Both the position numbers and the translations under genes were made by a program. Positions 38,618 to 50,915 of a stretch of 64,000 nt of DNA are shown one piece after another. The notes beneath the pieces are model-generated. The model saw nothing but the letters and a program-made list of their open reading frames with translations. It was not told where the DNA came from and searched no databases. This stretch comes from Octopus sinensis (Eukaryota): the NCBI RefSeq assembly GCF_006345805.1, contig NC_042999.1, positions 137,826,001 through 137,890,000 of the forward strand. Reading direction: 5' to 3'. Within the stretch, counting starts at the first letter, position 1. The number at the start of each line of letters is the position of its first letter.

Positions 38618-38955
38618 GAGTGAGAGAGCAGTGCATGCCATCAAAGTGACACTGGGGTAAAATATATGAAGCCCAGCATACCCATCATGACTACCCATCT
38701 GATAAGGGTACACTAGGCACATGCATCACAACCATATGTGCGCGACATGGTGATCTCATATCAAGATAAACGGCACATGACCTTGCAGGTGGGGCCCAGT
38801 TAGAATTTTCTTCTGATCGAGTAACCCATCCCACTCAAAAGGTCCCTGAATAAGGGTTGTTTAAGGATGTTGAACGAAACACCCATGTTTCAAGAGGTGA
38901 ATTAATCAAACCCCAAAGAATCCCTCTCAACACATGGCTATGATGCTCCCCCACT
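38618..38955 (-). mobile_element. 5'-truncated SINE/LINE tail inserted in an (AAT)n tract
   Basis: Non-palindromic 338-bp insert flanked by (ATT)n on both sides; absent from the sister copy at 39125-39140. Confidence 0.7.
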
Positions 38956-39186
38956 ATTATTATTATTATTATTATTATTACTATTATCATTATTATTATT
39001 CAGGTCACTGCCTGGAATTAAACTCAGAATCTTGGGGTTAGTAGCTCGTGCTCTTAACCACTACACCATGTGCCCGTGGCTACTAACCCCAAGATTCTGA
39101 GTTCGATTCCAGTTAGTGACCTGAATAATAATAACAACATCGAAAAATACCTTAGGAATGAGAACCCAGGTTTGAAATTTCTCCAA

Positions 39187-39232
39187 AACACCTGATGAAG
39201 GCTGGAGGGTATATCAACCAAAACATTGTATT
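39187..39232 (+). ncRNA. Hammerhead motif, sense copy, catalytic box mutated
   Basis: AACAC-CTGATGA-AGGCTG..CAACC-AAAA-CA-TT-GTATT; GAAA has changed to AAAA. Confidence 0.5.
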
Positions 39233-39637
39233 AACAACAAACAAGATGAGGACAAATATCCATCAATTGTAAATAATGTACATAATTCCTCATCTCTTAA
39301 ATATAGAACTGTAAAGTAAGAACAGATTGAAAAAAAGTTCAAGAAGTTTGTACTGCTATTGGCAACAAAGGTCTTTCTCTTAGAGTGAAGGACAGATTAT
39401 ATGTTGCTTGTGTTAGAATTGCAATGCTGCATGGTAGTGAGACATAGACCTTCAATACTGAGGATTTGAGAAAACTGGAAAGAAATGAATTGAGTATAAC
39501 CTGTGGGATGTGCAATGTATGACATAGTACAAATATGCTGAGGGAAAAACTGGGTATAAGAGGAATCAAATGTTGTATTCAAGCAGAATAATATTATAGA
39601 AAATATATATGTATGTATATGATTTTCTTTTTATTAG

Positions 39638-39750
39638 CTACATTAATGAGCCTTGGAGATTTTATATCCCAAACTTTTGTTGAACGCAAAGGAAAAGATT
39701 ACAATATAATCAGAACTGCTCGTTTTGGTTTCTTTGGGACAGTTTATGTG
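39638..39750 (+). CDS. MPV17: MPV17 coding exon 2
   Basis: Acceptor ttttctttttattag, donor gtaagt; 113 nt encoding (A)TLMSLGDFISQTFVERKGKDYNIIRTARFGFFGTVYV vs human SLMGLGDIISQQLVERRG...; phase matches exon 1. Confidence 0.95.
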
Positions 39751-40519
39751 GTAAGTGTCTTTATCATTTATATTTTCATTTAATTAATTATTTATACCCA
39801 CTATCCATTAAAAAATATATATTTTCATTTTTTTTTTTGTACTCCTAAAGTTAATTGCATATCTAAATGGTTAGGTTCAAATCCAATCTACACTTTTATC
39901 ACATGTTTACTGATACCCAAATTGACATTCTCACATCAACACAAAGCCACAAACTTACAAAGGAAGTTTGTAAGTTTGAATCTACCCAGTATATAAATGG
40001 TACTTATATTATGAATTGTGGAGAGGTCATCATCATCATCATCGTTTTGACTTCTTTTCTTTGCTTTCATGGGTTTGGTATACTTTATTGAGGCAAATTT
40101 TTCTATGGCCAATACCCTCCCTGTTGCCATCCCCCTCCTGTTTCTGAGCAAGGTAATATTTCCCCATAGCCAAACATGTTTTCCATGGAATAGTGGAAAC
40201 AAACAACATTGCTTGAATGATGTGATGCTCATTTACTACCATCATATAAATTCAAGACAAGGGGACACAAAACACACACACATATACAAACAAACCCATG
40301 CCAGCATAGAAAACGGATGTAAAATGATGATGACATACATACATATAGTACCTGTGTATGAAGTGAAGTGCCTAGATTGAGAAGTAGAATTCATCATAAA
40401 AGATATACGATGGAATGTGAGCAATTAAATTAACAACAAATGAAAATAAAATCACTATTTGTAAAGATGATATAAAGGTTGTGATAGTGATAACAGTAGT
40501 AATTGGGAGACATATTTAT

Positions 40520-43502
40520 ATCCATGGTACTGGCACCTGAAACAATGAGGGAACAAGGCTACTGGAGTTCTGTGATGCATGTAACCTTTTAATCTGCAAT
40601 ACTAACTTCAGGAAGCCAGACAGTCACCTTATAACCTATCAATCAGGGGACTTTGCTAACCAGATTGATTTCATCCTCACCAGACAGCGGGGTGCAGGGT
40701 TGCTCTTAAATACAAAGACCCTTCCAGGTGAAGAATGTAATCCCCAGCATAGGCTAGTCATTAGTGACTTTAGGCTTGAGGCCAGAAGGATACCAAGAAG
40801 CAGACCAATCCAAAAAAGAAGGATTTGGAAGCTAAAGAACTCTTCACATGGTCAGAGATTTAGGGACATCCTCATCAAGAAATTTGAGGAAAGGGAAGAG
40901 GAGCTACAGACATCAGACATAGAAGGTAGCTGGAAATTCCTACGGAACAGCTTGCTGGATGCCACACACTAAGTCTGCGGATGGTGCAAAGTCCCTTCCA
41001 GACCTAGAGTTGCGTGGTGGTAGAATAGTATGGTAAAGAAAGCCATTAGAGCAAAGAAACAGGCCTGGAAAGCCTGGAATGGTGGGGGTAACAGGGAACT
41101 ATACCAGGTTGCCAAAAGGGAGGCTGGGCGGCAGGTATACATAGCCAAGAGCAAAGTGGAAAAGAAGTTTGCCAATGTCCAGCAACGTGAGAACCAAAGA
41201 ACTGAGTTATTTTGGATTGCAAGACAGTGTGTGAGAGAAAATTGTGATGTCATAGGAGAGAAATGTGTCCACATGGATGATGGTGCACTTGCTTTTAATG
41301 AAAGAGGCTTGGAGAAGCCATTATGAAAGACTACTGAATGAGGAGAATGAATGGGAGGAGGAGATCCTGCCAAATGCTGACCCAGTAGAGGGACCGGCTA
41401 TCCGAATTGACAGCTCCCTAGTAGGTAAAGCAATTAAGGGTATGAAGCTAAGAAAAGCCCCCAACCTATCAGGAATCACTACTGAGATGCTTAAAACATC
41501 TGGTGGTGTGGGCTATGGCCAAGTCACCTGCATTGTAAACCAGGTAGTTCATGATGGAGTCATACCCAACGACTGGCGTAGCAGCTCTGTAGTCAACTGT
41601 TACAAGGATAAAGGTGATGCTCTAGATAAGAATAACTACAGGGGTATCAAACTGCTGGATCAGGTGATGAAGGTCATGGAGAGGGTCATAGCCCATCACA
41701 TTAGGAAGAGAGTCTGCTTAGATGAGATGCAGTTCGGTTTTGTGCTAGGTAGAAGTACCACTGATGTCATATTCCTGATTCGAGAACTGCAGGAGAACTA
41801 CCTAGCTAAAGATAAACCCCTATACTTAGCTTTTGTGGACTTGGAGAAAGCCTTTGACAGGGTCCCCCAATTCCTTATCTGGTGGGCGATGCAGAAACTG
41901 GAGATTGACAAATAGTTAATAAGGGCTGTACAGGCCCTTTACAGAGAGGCCATTAGTAAGATTAGGATTGGCAATGAGTATAGTGAAGAATTCCAAGTAG
42001 AAGTAGGGGTCCACCAAGGTTCAGCCCCCAGTCCCCTTTTATTCATCATAGTCCTCCAGGCAATAACAGAGGAATTTAGGATGGGTTGCCTCTGGGAGCT
42101 CCTCTACGCTCATGACCTAGCCCTCATAGCAGAATCACTGCCGGAACTAGAAAAGAAATTTCGGGTGTGGAAGCTAGGTTTAGAATCAAAAGGCCTTAGA
42201 GTCAATGTAGTAAAGACCAAAGTTCTAGTAAGTAGGAAGGCGGACTCATCACACACCCTTTCAGGTAGGTGGCCCTGCTCGACCTGAAGAAAGGTGTAGG
42301 TAGAAACTCCATAAGATTTACCGATTGTAAGCTATGGACACATAAGAGGTTCAACAACATCAAAGGAAAATTAACCGAGAACATAGCTTTCATGTGTAGC
42401 TGATGCACAGGGGCAATAGTCACCACAGATACTCAGAAAACAGATTCCATCACACTCCAGGGGAAGAAACTAGAAGTAGTTGATAGCTTCCGCTACCTAG
42501 TTGGTAGTGGGGTGGATGCTCCGAGAGTGTTACCACTAGAATAAGAATAGCCTGGGCAAAGTTTAGATAGCTTTTTCCTCTACTGGCGACAAAAGATCTC
42601 TTGCTCGGAGTGAAAGGTAGATTGTATGACGCATGTGTGCGAACTGCCATGCTTCATGGCAGTGAAACGTGGGCTGTAACTGCAGAGAACATGCGTAGGC
42701 TCGAGAGAAATTAAGCTAGCATGATCCGCTGGATGTGTAATGTAAGTGTGCACACACGTCAGAGTGTAAGCGCCCTGAGAGAAATGTTGGACATAAGAAG
42801 CATCGGATGTGGCATGCAGGAGAGACGTTACTGTTGGTATGGTCATGTACTACGGATGGATGAGGAGAGATGTGTGAAGAAGTGCGATTCCCAAACAGTT
42901 GAAGGAATCCGGGGTAGAGGTAGACCCAGGAAGACATGGGATGTGGTGGTCAAGCATGACCTTCAAACATTGGGCCTCACAGAGGCAATGACAAAAGCCC
43001 GAGACCTCTGGAGATATGCTGTGACTGCGAAGACCCAACTAATGAAGTGAGTTCATGGCTTGCAGGACAGCCTGCTGTGCTAACCTTGGATCATAGGTCA
43101 ACCTGCTGTGCTTGAGGAGACCTATTGAGTCAAGTACATCAACATCAAAATAAAAATCAAATGAAAAATGTATTTGTGATACCTGTGCCAGTGGCATGTA
43201 AAAAGCACCATCCGAACGTAGCTGATGACAGCACTGTCTTGACTGGCGTCCGTGCAGCTGGCACGTAAAAAGTACCAACCGATCATGGCTGTTGCCAGCC
43301 TCCTCTGGCACCTGTGCCAGTGGTACATAAAAAGCACCCACTACACTCACAGAGTTGTTGGCATTAGGAAGGGCATCCAGCTATAGAAACACTGCCAGAT
43401 CAGACTGGAGCCTGGTGCAGCCTCCTGGCTTCCCAGACCCCGGTCGAACTGTCCAACCCATGCTAGCGTGGAAAACAGACGTTAAATGATGATGATGATG
43501 AT
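40520..43502 (+). mobile_element. Long degenerate RTE LINE (endonuclease C-terminus, RT, finger, 3' UTR)
   Basis: RLLEFCD..NTNFRK..QIDFIL..QHRLVISD, RT motifs and C-terminus with stops and frameshifts; subfamily-A UTR; (GAT)n tail. Confidence 0.93.
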
Positions 43503-43874
43503 ACATAGATCCTCGTAAACATATATACATACATCATACGTAAAAACACATCTACATAGAATATACATACTTTGGATGTTGAAGCTCATAGAGGTAATGA
43601 CAAGTGACCGGGACTTCTGGTGAATTGCTGTGCTTAAGAAAACAACGTCAAGCTAAGTGAAATCATGGTCGTGGCCAGTACTAGTGATGTGAATGACACC
43701 TGTGGAGTGGTTGGCATTAGGAATGGCATCCAGTCATAGAGACCAGGCCAAAACAGATTGGAGCCTGGTGCAACTCTCCAGCTTACCATCTTCAGTCAAA
43801 CCATCTAATCCATGCCAGCATGGAAATTGAATGTTAAATGATGATGATGATGATACTTTTATACTCATATATAG

Positions 43875-44215
43875 CCTTTTACTTGTTTCAGTCATTAGAC
43901 TGCAACCATGCAGAGGTATTGCCTTGAAGAATTTTTAGTTGAATGAATTGACCCCAGAGTTTATTTTTCTTTTAAGCTTGGTGCTTATTCTATCCTCCTC
44001 TTCTGTCAAACTGCTAAGTTACAGGATCATGAACACACCAACACTGGTTGTCAAGTGTCAGTGGGGGACACACACATAGATACAAAGATGCACATACACA
44101 CACACATATATATATACAATAGGCTTCTTTCGGTTTCCATCTACCAAATCTGCTCACAAAGCTTTGATCAACCTGAGACTATAATAGAAGACAGATGCCC
44201 AAGGGCCACACATTG
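43875..44215 (-). mobile_element. tRNA-SINE with CR1-like tail (degenerate)
   Basis: Reverse complement of the family at 21582-21948. Confidence 0.75.
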
Positions 44216-44357
44216 AATTGTAAATATATTTCTTTATTCTTATTTTTAATCATAAAATTTTATTCTTACTATTTATATATTACTTTCATCATATTCACAA
44301 TCATAAGTAATGGATTATTACTTTTTCATTATCATTCTCTATTACCTTTTGACCTAC

Positions 44358-44503
44358 ATCTTTACCTTTTGACCTACAGATTTTTTTCAAAAATGCTAAG
44401 AGTAAAAGATGTTTTATATGACACATTCTACTAGTATCCGAAGTTTGAAAGTGTTTAGTTACAAAAAATTATTTTTTTAATCTGTAGGTCAAAAGGTAAA
44501 GAT
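44358..44503. mobile_element. Small MITE related to 45554-46205
   Basis: Perfect 25-bp inverted termini atctttaccttttgacctacagatt; internal gacacattctactagtat..aaagtgtttagtta is shared with the larger element. Confidence 0.65.
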
Positions 44504-44540
44504 CTATAAAACAAAAACAAAACAAACTGTAGGTGAATTC

Positions 44541-44589
<49 letters not shown>

Positions 44590-44615
44590 TTTAAGGTCAA
44601 AGTGATATATTAAGG

Positions 44616-44830
44616 GGATATTATTTAATATAATACATATGAGAGATAAGTTATTACAAATTTATTTTTTAAAAAAACTATGTAACATTACTGGGATATT
44701 ATTTAATATAATATATATGAGAGATAAGTTATTACAAATTTATTTTTTAAAAAACATTATGTAACATTACTGGGATATTATTTAATATAATATATATGAG
44801 AGATAAGTTATTACAAATTTATTTTTTAAA
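44616..44830. repeat. ~78-bp AT-rich tandem repeat, ~2.8 copies
   Basis: Unit gggatattatttaatataata..gagagataagttattacaaatttattttttaaaaa. Confidence 0.9.
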
Positions 44831-45553
44831 AACCCTTATACAATATCATATGTATAAATCTATGTGAATCATTATGGGTATTATATGGTTAAAACACATG
44901 CCGGAAGCCTGTTGGACCAAACTCAAACAAGGGATAAAACATCAAAAGTGACCGTATATATCGTCTCAACATTGTTATTAATCTTCAAAATTACGCCCAG
45001 AATTCAATCTCCGAATCCTCACATATTCTCTTCTATATATAACTATACCTACATATTACCAAATTGTAATCATTATCGGTGAAAATATGTTCAATTAAAA
45101 TTGTGATTTTATTTTAATTTGTGGTTCAATTATAATTATAATTGTCCCTTCAGTTAACCAACCATAACTAAGTCAAGGCCTTTCAAAACAATAGATGACC
45201 AATTAGAAGATTACGTGACTGAACAAAAATAACTCCTCCCCACTTCTCGCAGGAGTTCAACTACATAAGAAAAAATAACGGAGAAATAAACATATCACAT
45301 GTTTATATGAAAATATATATAATTTTGTATATTCTTTTTTAAATTATATAATATAATTATAATGATACTAACTACTGCATTAATCCTCCCTTATAAACAC
45401 ATCTAATACGTATGTACCTATGAGTATGTTTCTACAGAAATATATATGTATATATATATCTGTGTGTGTTCCTCAAGTATATACAGTTTAATTCTTACAT
45501 AACTAAAATAACTTCAAGATATATTGATTTTATAAATTACAATATTACTCCTT

Positions 45554-46205
45554 GGATCTTTTCCTTTTGAACGGCAGTTTTCAACACAATTTCTAGTTAA
45601 CTAAACACTTTTAAACTTCGTATACTGGTAGAATATGTCAAAATAAAACATTTTTTTCTCTTGGCTTTCTTGAGAAAATTGTAATTTGTAAGTTTAACAT
45701 AGTTTAATGTTTCGAATTTTAACCAAAAGCATTTGCTGCGTCTAAAACTGAGACATCATCCTGTCACTAACCCTAACCCTAAATTTTAGCCTTTCGTCTT
45801 TTTTTTCTTAATTGTTACGCGTGTGTCTAAAATTATTTGTTTTTGTTTTTGTTTTGAGTTTTTGCTTTCGTTTTAGCCATTCGTGTTTTTTTTTCTTAAT
45901 TGTTATCCTTTAATTAATTTAACAATTAAGAGAAAAAAAAACGAAAGGCTAAAATTTAGGGTTAGGGTTAGTGACAGGATGTTGTCTGTTTTAGACGCAG
46001 CAAATGATTTTAGCTCAATAGAGAGCATAAGATTGGTTAAAATTCGAAAAATTAAACTACATTAAACTTACAAATTACAATTTTCTCAAGAAAGCCAAGA
46101 GAAAAAAATGTTTTATTTTGACACATTCTACCAGTATACGAAATTTAAAAGTGTTTAGTTAACTAAGAATTGCGTTGAAAACTACCGTTCAAAAAGAAAA
46201 GATCC
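45554..46205. mobile_element. Merlin-type palindromic MITE containing telomere-like repeats
   Basis: ~260-bp inverted arms starting GGATCTTTTC; perfect 8-bp TSD TACTCCTT at 45546-45553 and 46206-46213. Confidence 0.85.
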
Positions 46206-46374
46206 TACTCCTTTTATAACTTTCCCACCTCTATTTGTATTTTATATAATATGAATAATATAATGCATCAAAATTGTGATTTTATTTTCATTTGTGGTTA
46301 ATTTTATTGCCTTCATGCCAATACATATACATATATACATGTGTGTGTATGTATATATATATATGTATATACGT

Positions 46375-46794
46375 ACAAGTGAGATCGTTGCCAGAGCAAC
46401 AAGCTGGCCTCCGTGCCGATGGCACGTTAAAAACACCATTCGAGCATGATCGTTACCTGCGTCGCCTTACTAGCACTTGTGCTGGTGGCACGTGAAAAAA
46501 AACATTCAAGTGAAGTCGTTGCCAGTGTCGCTGGACTGGCTCCTGTGCAGGTGGCACATAAAAAGCACCATTTGAGCATGGCCATTGCCAGTAACACCTA
46601 ACTGGCCCTCGTGCTGGTGGCACGTAAAATCACCCACTACACTCTCGGAGTGGTTGGCGTTAGGGAGGGCATCCAGCTGTAGAAACTCTGCCAGATGAGA
46701 TTGGAGTCTGGTGCAGCCATCTGGTTCGCCACACCTCAGTCAAATCGTCCAACCCATGCCAGCATGGAAAGTGGACGTTAAACGATGATGATGA
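46375..46794 (+). mobile_element. Solo RTE 3' UTR (subfamily B)
   Basis: Homologous to 24200-24613; (GAT)n tail. Confidence 0.88.
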
Positions 46795-46857
46795 AATTAA
46801 CAGAATGCGATAAAAATCCAAGGCTGTGAAAGATTTTAGAACATTTATAAATAGAAG

Positions 46858-46905
46858 GTCTTACAGCTGTTTCCAGGATATTTTATATATCCCTTCATCG
46901 GAGAC
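46858..46905 (-). ncRNA. Type I hammerhead ribozyme motif in a probable Penelope pLTR remnant
   Basis: GTCT-CCGATGA-A-GGGATAT(ATAAA)ATATCCT-G-GAAAC-AGCT-GTA-AGAC: stem I, stem II, palindromic stem III, GUA site; one core substitution (CUGA->CCGA). Confidence 0.7.
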
Positions 46906-47204
46906 AGTATGAGAGAATGGTTAAGCAATAATTATTCTAGATAAGATATGAAATAGAGTAAAGTGGAGGAATGAAAATAGACATGAGATATGCAGGGATA
47001 TTGTATCTTCAGTTCCATTATTTAGGCAGAATGGTATACATAAAAGATTACTAGACCTTGTGATTAAGTTCAAGGATATTCAGAGGAAATCCTTGTTGCT
47101 TATTTTGATTTTAATCACCTTACTTTGAAATTGTATGTATAATACCGTACTTAATTCTGGTGCCTCAACTTAAGTACCATATTCATCTGAATCTATATAT
47201 ATAT

Positions 47205-47632
47205 ATAGTAGTTGATAGCTTCCATTACCTAGGTGACCAAGTCAGCAGCAGGGGAGCGTGCGCTGAAAGTGTAACTGATAGAATAATAAAATCCTAGGCA
47301 AAGTTCAGAGAGTTCTTACTTCTGCTGGTGAGAAAGAACCTCTCACTCAGAGTAAAAGGTAGACTGTATGACACATGTGTACAAACAGCCATGCTACATG
47401 GCAGTGAAACATGGGCCGTGACTGCTGAGGACATGCATAAGCTCGCAAGGAATGAAGCCAGTATGCTCCGATGGATGTGTAATGTCAGTGTGCATACTCG
47501 ACAGAGTGTAAGTACCTTGAGAGAAAAGTTGGACCTAAGAAGCATCAGATGTAGTGTGCAAAAGAGATGACTGCACTGGTATGGTCATGTGGCGAGAATA
47601 GATGTGGATAGCTGTGTGAAAAAGTGCCACGT
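47205..47632 (+). mobile_element. RTE LINE internal fragment
   Basis: VVDSFHYLGDQVS..LSLRVKGRLYD..HGSETWAV..WYGHVAR. Confidence 0.9.
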
Positions 47633-47884
47633 GATACTGAAATAGTGTAAGAGATAAGAGATTGTTCCAAGCTTGCATTAGGCAAGAAGTTGAAAATCTT
47701 TTTAGCCCATGACATTGCATAAACCCTAAGTAAGGTATGTGTAAAATTTGAATGAAATCGGTAGTTCTTGAGTTTTAGTGATGCACACATACAGACAGAC
47801 AGACACATTCTCAGTTTTATATATATATATATACATGCATTCATGCATACATGCATACCTGCCTGCCTACCTACATACATACAT

Positions 47885-48330
47885 GATGGCTGCCCCCTCA
47901 TTATCGAGTATGGCCATTGCACAAAGTTTAACTGTTATTGGTGCTGTGATCGAATGTGACTTTTATTTGCTTTTTAAGGCTACAGCCAGCCATTCAGTTG
48001 AGACTCACAGCACCATAAAAAATCATGAACAATGTTGTTATCATGCAATGCCTGTGCAAGAAGATTTTTTTTTAAAGTGAGGAAAGGCTGTGCACTGAGT
48101 CAATCCCACTCACTAAGCAACAGCAGCCATCATCCGAAAAGAAGAACAAGTCAACATCATCGGTAACCACTGAGCCACAGGTTTTATGTCGGAGTTATCC
48201 CAGTTACCTGAGTTACCTTATCCTAGAAGGATGCCCAAACAAAGGCTAGGAGTCCTTCACTCCCAATGGTTTAACCGCGCGATCGGGTATTCAGTCCGAT
48301 TAATTCTATGTCCCCACACATGATACAGCC
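47885..48330 (-). mobile_element. Probable bipartite non-autonomous RTE derivative
   Basis: Minus strand has gcctttgtttgggcatccttctaggataaggtaactc (RTE 5' UTR-like) and ends atggccatactcgataatgagggggcagccatc (BovB-like 3' end). Confidence 0.45.
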
Positions 48331-48659
48331 TTAAGCTTTAAGAAAAAAAAGAAAATACATACATACATTTATATCATCATCACCATTTAACATCCATCCT
48401 CCATGCTGGCATGGGTTGAACAGTTTGGTAAGGGTTAGCTAGTTGGAGGGCTGTAGCAAGCTCTCTTGTCTGTTTTGGCATGATGCTCTTCCCAATGCCA
48501 ATCACTTTACAAAGTGTACTGGGTACAATTTTTGTGGTACCAGCACAGGGTCACTGAGTAACTAGTAAGACAAGACAAAGTCCCCTCAACTTGGAGTAGC
48601 ATATTTCTACCTGTGTGGAATAAAATAACTTTGTTTTATATATATGTGTATGTATAACC

Positions 48660-48985
48660 CGACTGGCCTCCGTGCTGGTGGCACGTAAAAAGCACCATCC
48701 GATTGTAGCCATTGCCAGCCTCTTCTGGCCCCCGTGCCAGTGGCACGTAAAAAGTACCATCCGATCATGGCCATTTGCCAGCCTTGTTTGGCACCTGTGC
48801 AGGTAGCACGTAAAAAGCACCCACTACAATCACGGAGTGGTTGGCGTTAGGAAGGGCATTCAGCTGTAGAAACACTGCCAGATCAGACTGGGCCTGGCGC
48901 AGTCTTTTGGCTTCCCAGACCCCAGTTGAACCGTCCAACCCATGCTAGCATGGAAAACGGACTTAAACAATGATGATGATGATAA
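48660..48985 (+). mobile_element. Solo RTE 3' UTR (subfamily A)
   Basis: Repeat units plus the terminal motif and (GAT)n. Confidence 0.88.
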
Positions 48986-50017
48986 CAAAAGGTGGTGCCC
49001 CAGCATAGCCACAGTCCAGTGACTGAAACAAGTAATAGATAAATATATATATATATATATATGTTTATATATTTACATGTATAAACATGTAAAAAAAAAA
49101 GCACCCTACTGTAAAGTGGTTGATGTTAGGAAGAACATCCAGCTATAGAAACCATATCAAGCTGATATGGAGCACAATATAGCTATGCAGCTCACCAGGT
49201 CTTGTCAAACTGTCCAACTCATACCAGCATGAAAGATGGACATTAAATGATGATGATATCATTATTCATTCAACAGTTATTTTTTCATGACAATTTGTTA
49301 AAGCATATTTTCTACAGTATGCCCTTCCCGTGGCCAACCCTCACCTGTTTCCAAGCAAGGTAACATTTTTCCATAGCCAGACTTGTTTTTTATGGAAGAC
49401 TGGAAATATAGAATGTCACTGTCAGCGATTCTTTTGCACCAGTGCATATCTTTAATACTGCAGTGGTGCGTACGAGAGTGGAAGGTTACTATTTCCGTTG
49501 CTGAACAGAATAAATCACTGAAACTGTTAATAATTGCAAATTTTCAACTGGTAGCATTTTAAATGTCTTTGACTTTAGCGTCCTGGGGGCGCTATGCTGT
49601 TCCAGTACTTCAACCTCAGTTACCTGCTGTAATGCTGTTTTGAGTTGTCACAAATTTTTACATGGTAACACTAGTGTTTCCTGGTACAGTGTATAATTGA
49701 AGGAATGCTCACACTTCTTATTTTTCTTATTAGCTGTATTTCTTCGTACCGTATAGTTGTGTGTATTGTGGGAGGAGAGGCTTCCACTAGATAAATTTAT
49801 TCACCATATTTACCTATAGATGTACTATTGCATGAGATAAACTACTTTTTTTGTAGAAAAAAATTTGATGTTTCAGCATATTCCATATATTCAGTATCCC
49901 ATCCGTAATACAGTAAAATTAGAAACATGACAATATTTTGTTACGTTTGAGAATAAAAAATACATTTTATACACTGGTATATACGGTGTAACAAAAGCAG
50001 AGGTTTTAGTCATACTA

Positions 50018-50411
50018 ACTGGCTTCCGTGCCGGTGGCACGTAAAAAGCACCATTCGAGCGTGATCGCTACCAGTGTCACCTTAATGGCACTTGTGCCGG
50101 TGGCACGTGAAAAAACATTCAAGCGAGGTCATTGCCAGTACCGCTGGACTGGCTCCTATGCAGGTGGAACATAAAAAACACCATCTGAGCATGGCCGTTG
50201 CCAGTACCGCCTGACTGGCCCTCGTGCCGGTGACACATAAAAGCACCCACAACACTCTCGGAGTGGTTGGCATTAGGAAGGGCATCCAGCTGTAGAAACT
50301 TTACCAGATCAAGATTGGAGCCTGGTGCAGCCATCTGGTTCACCAGTCCTCAGTCAAATCGTCCAACCCATGCTAGCATGGAAAGCAGACGTTAAACGAT
50401 GATGATGATGA
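50018..50411 (+). mobile_element. Solo RTE 3' UTR (subfamily B)
   Basis: Homologous to 46375-46794. Confidence 0.88.
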
Positions 50412-50538
50412 ATAGCTGGCCGATCTTTTGGTTATTTGATCTCTGTTATGTCGTTTAGTCAACTCTTCTTGAGCAGACCTTTGACCAAAAGAGCTCTAGC
50501 CATGACCATGTGGTCTTCTTAACAGTAGGAATATATTA

Positions 50539-50915
50539 TCTCTATATATGTAAACGGCAAAATGCCTATCTGTGTGTGTGTGTGCGTGTCCTTTATACAA
50601 ATCCACAACTTTTCAGTTAGAGGGCTCCCACTTTCTATGGTCATTCAAAACCGTCCAAGGGTGGTCGTGCACATCTTTACATTTCTCCAGTCACCCCGCA
50701 AAGCCATTAAAAAAATCAATAGAAGTGACTTTTTTGTGAATTTTCTATCCAAAACCCAATCAAAATGCCCGTAACTTGATACGCCAATTGAATGCCAGTT
50801 AGCTGTATGTGATTGGTCGGAGATTTGGACAGTATTTGTGTGTATGTGCGCACGCACGCAGCTGTATATGCATGCACTAGCACTATGACCCGGCAACGCA
50901 GGGTCATAGTGCTAG
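50539..50915 (+). mobile_element. Non-autonomous Helitron
   Basis: A|TC 5' end (tctctatatat), terminal hairpin, CTAG|T 3' end, no TSD. Confidence 0.75.

Larger units (their letters stand above)
38450..39312. mobile_element. Head-to-head inverted pair of a tRNA-headed, hammerhead-containing non-autonomous retroelement (Penelope-like structure)
   Basis: 13-bp TSD AAAGTAAGAACAG at 38437-38449 and 39313-39325; minus copy 39075->38450 and 5'-truncated plus copy 39078->39312. Confidence 0.85.
37200..39590 (+). mobile_element. Old degenerate RTE LINE, split by the insertion at 38450-39312
   Basis: Decayed QEKL..NKPLFLAFVDL, MYKDAISKVRV, GFHQ, YADDL, DSFCYLG before the insertion; AMLHGSET after it. 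Confidence 0.8.

Noticed and set aside
39003-39075. Functional tRNA gene
   Set aside because: It has A/B boxes but no proper acceptor stem or poly-T terminator, and it continues into a repeat body; treated as a SINE head.
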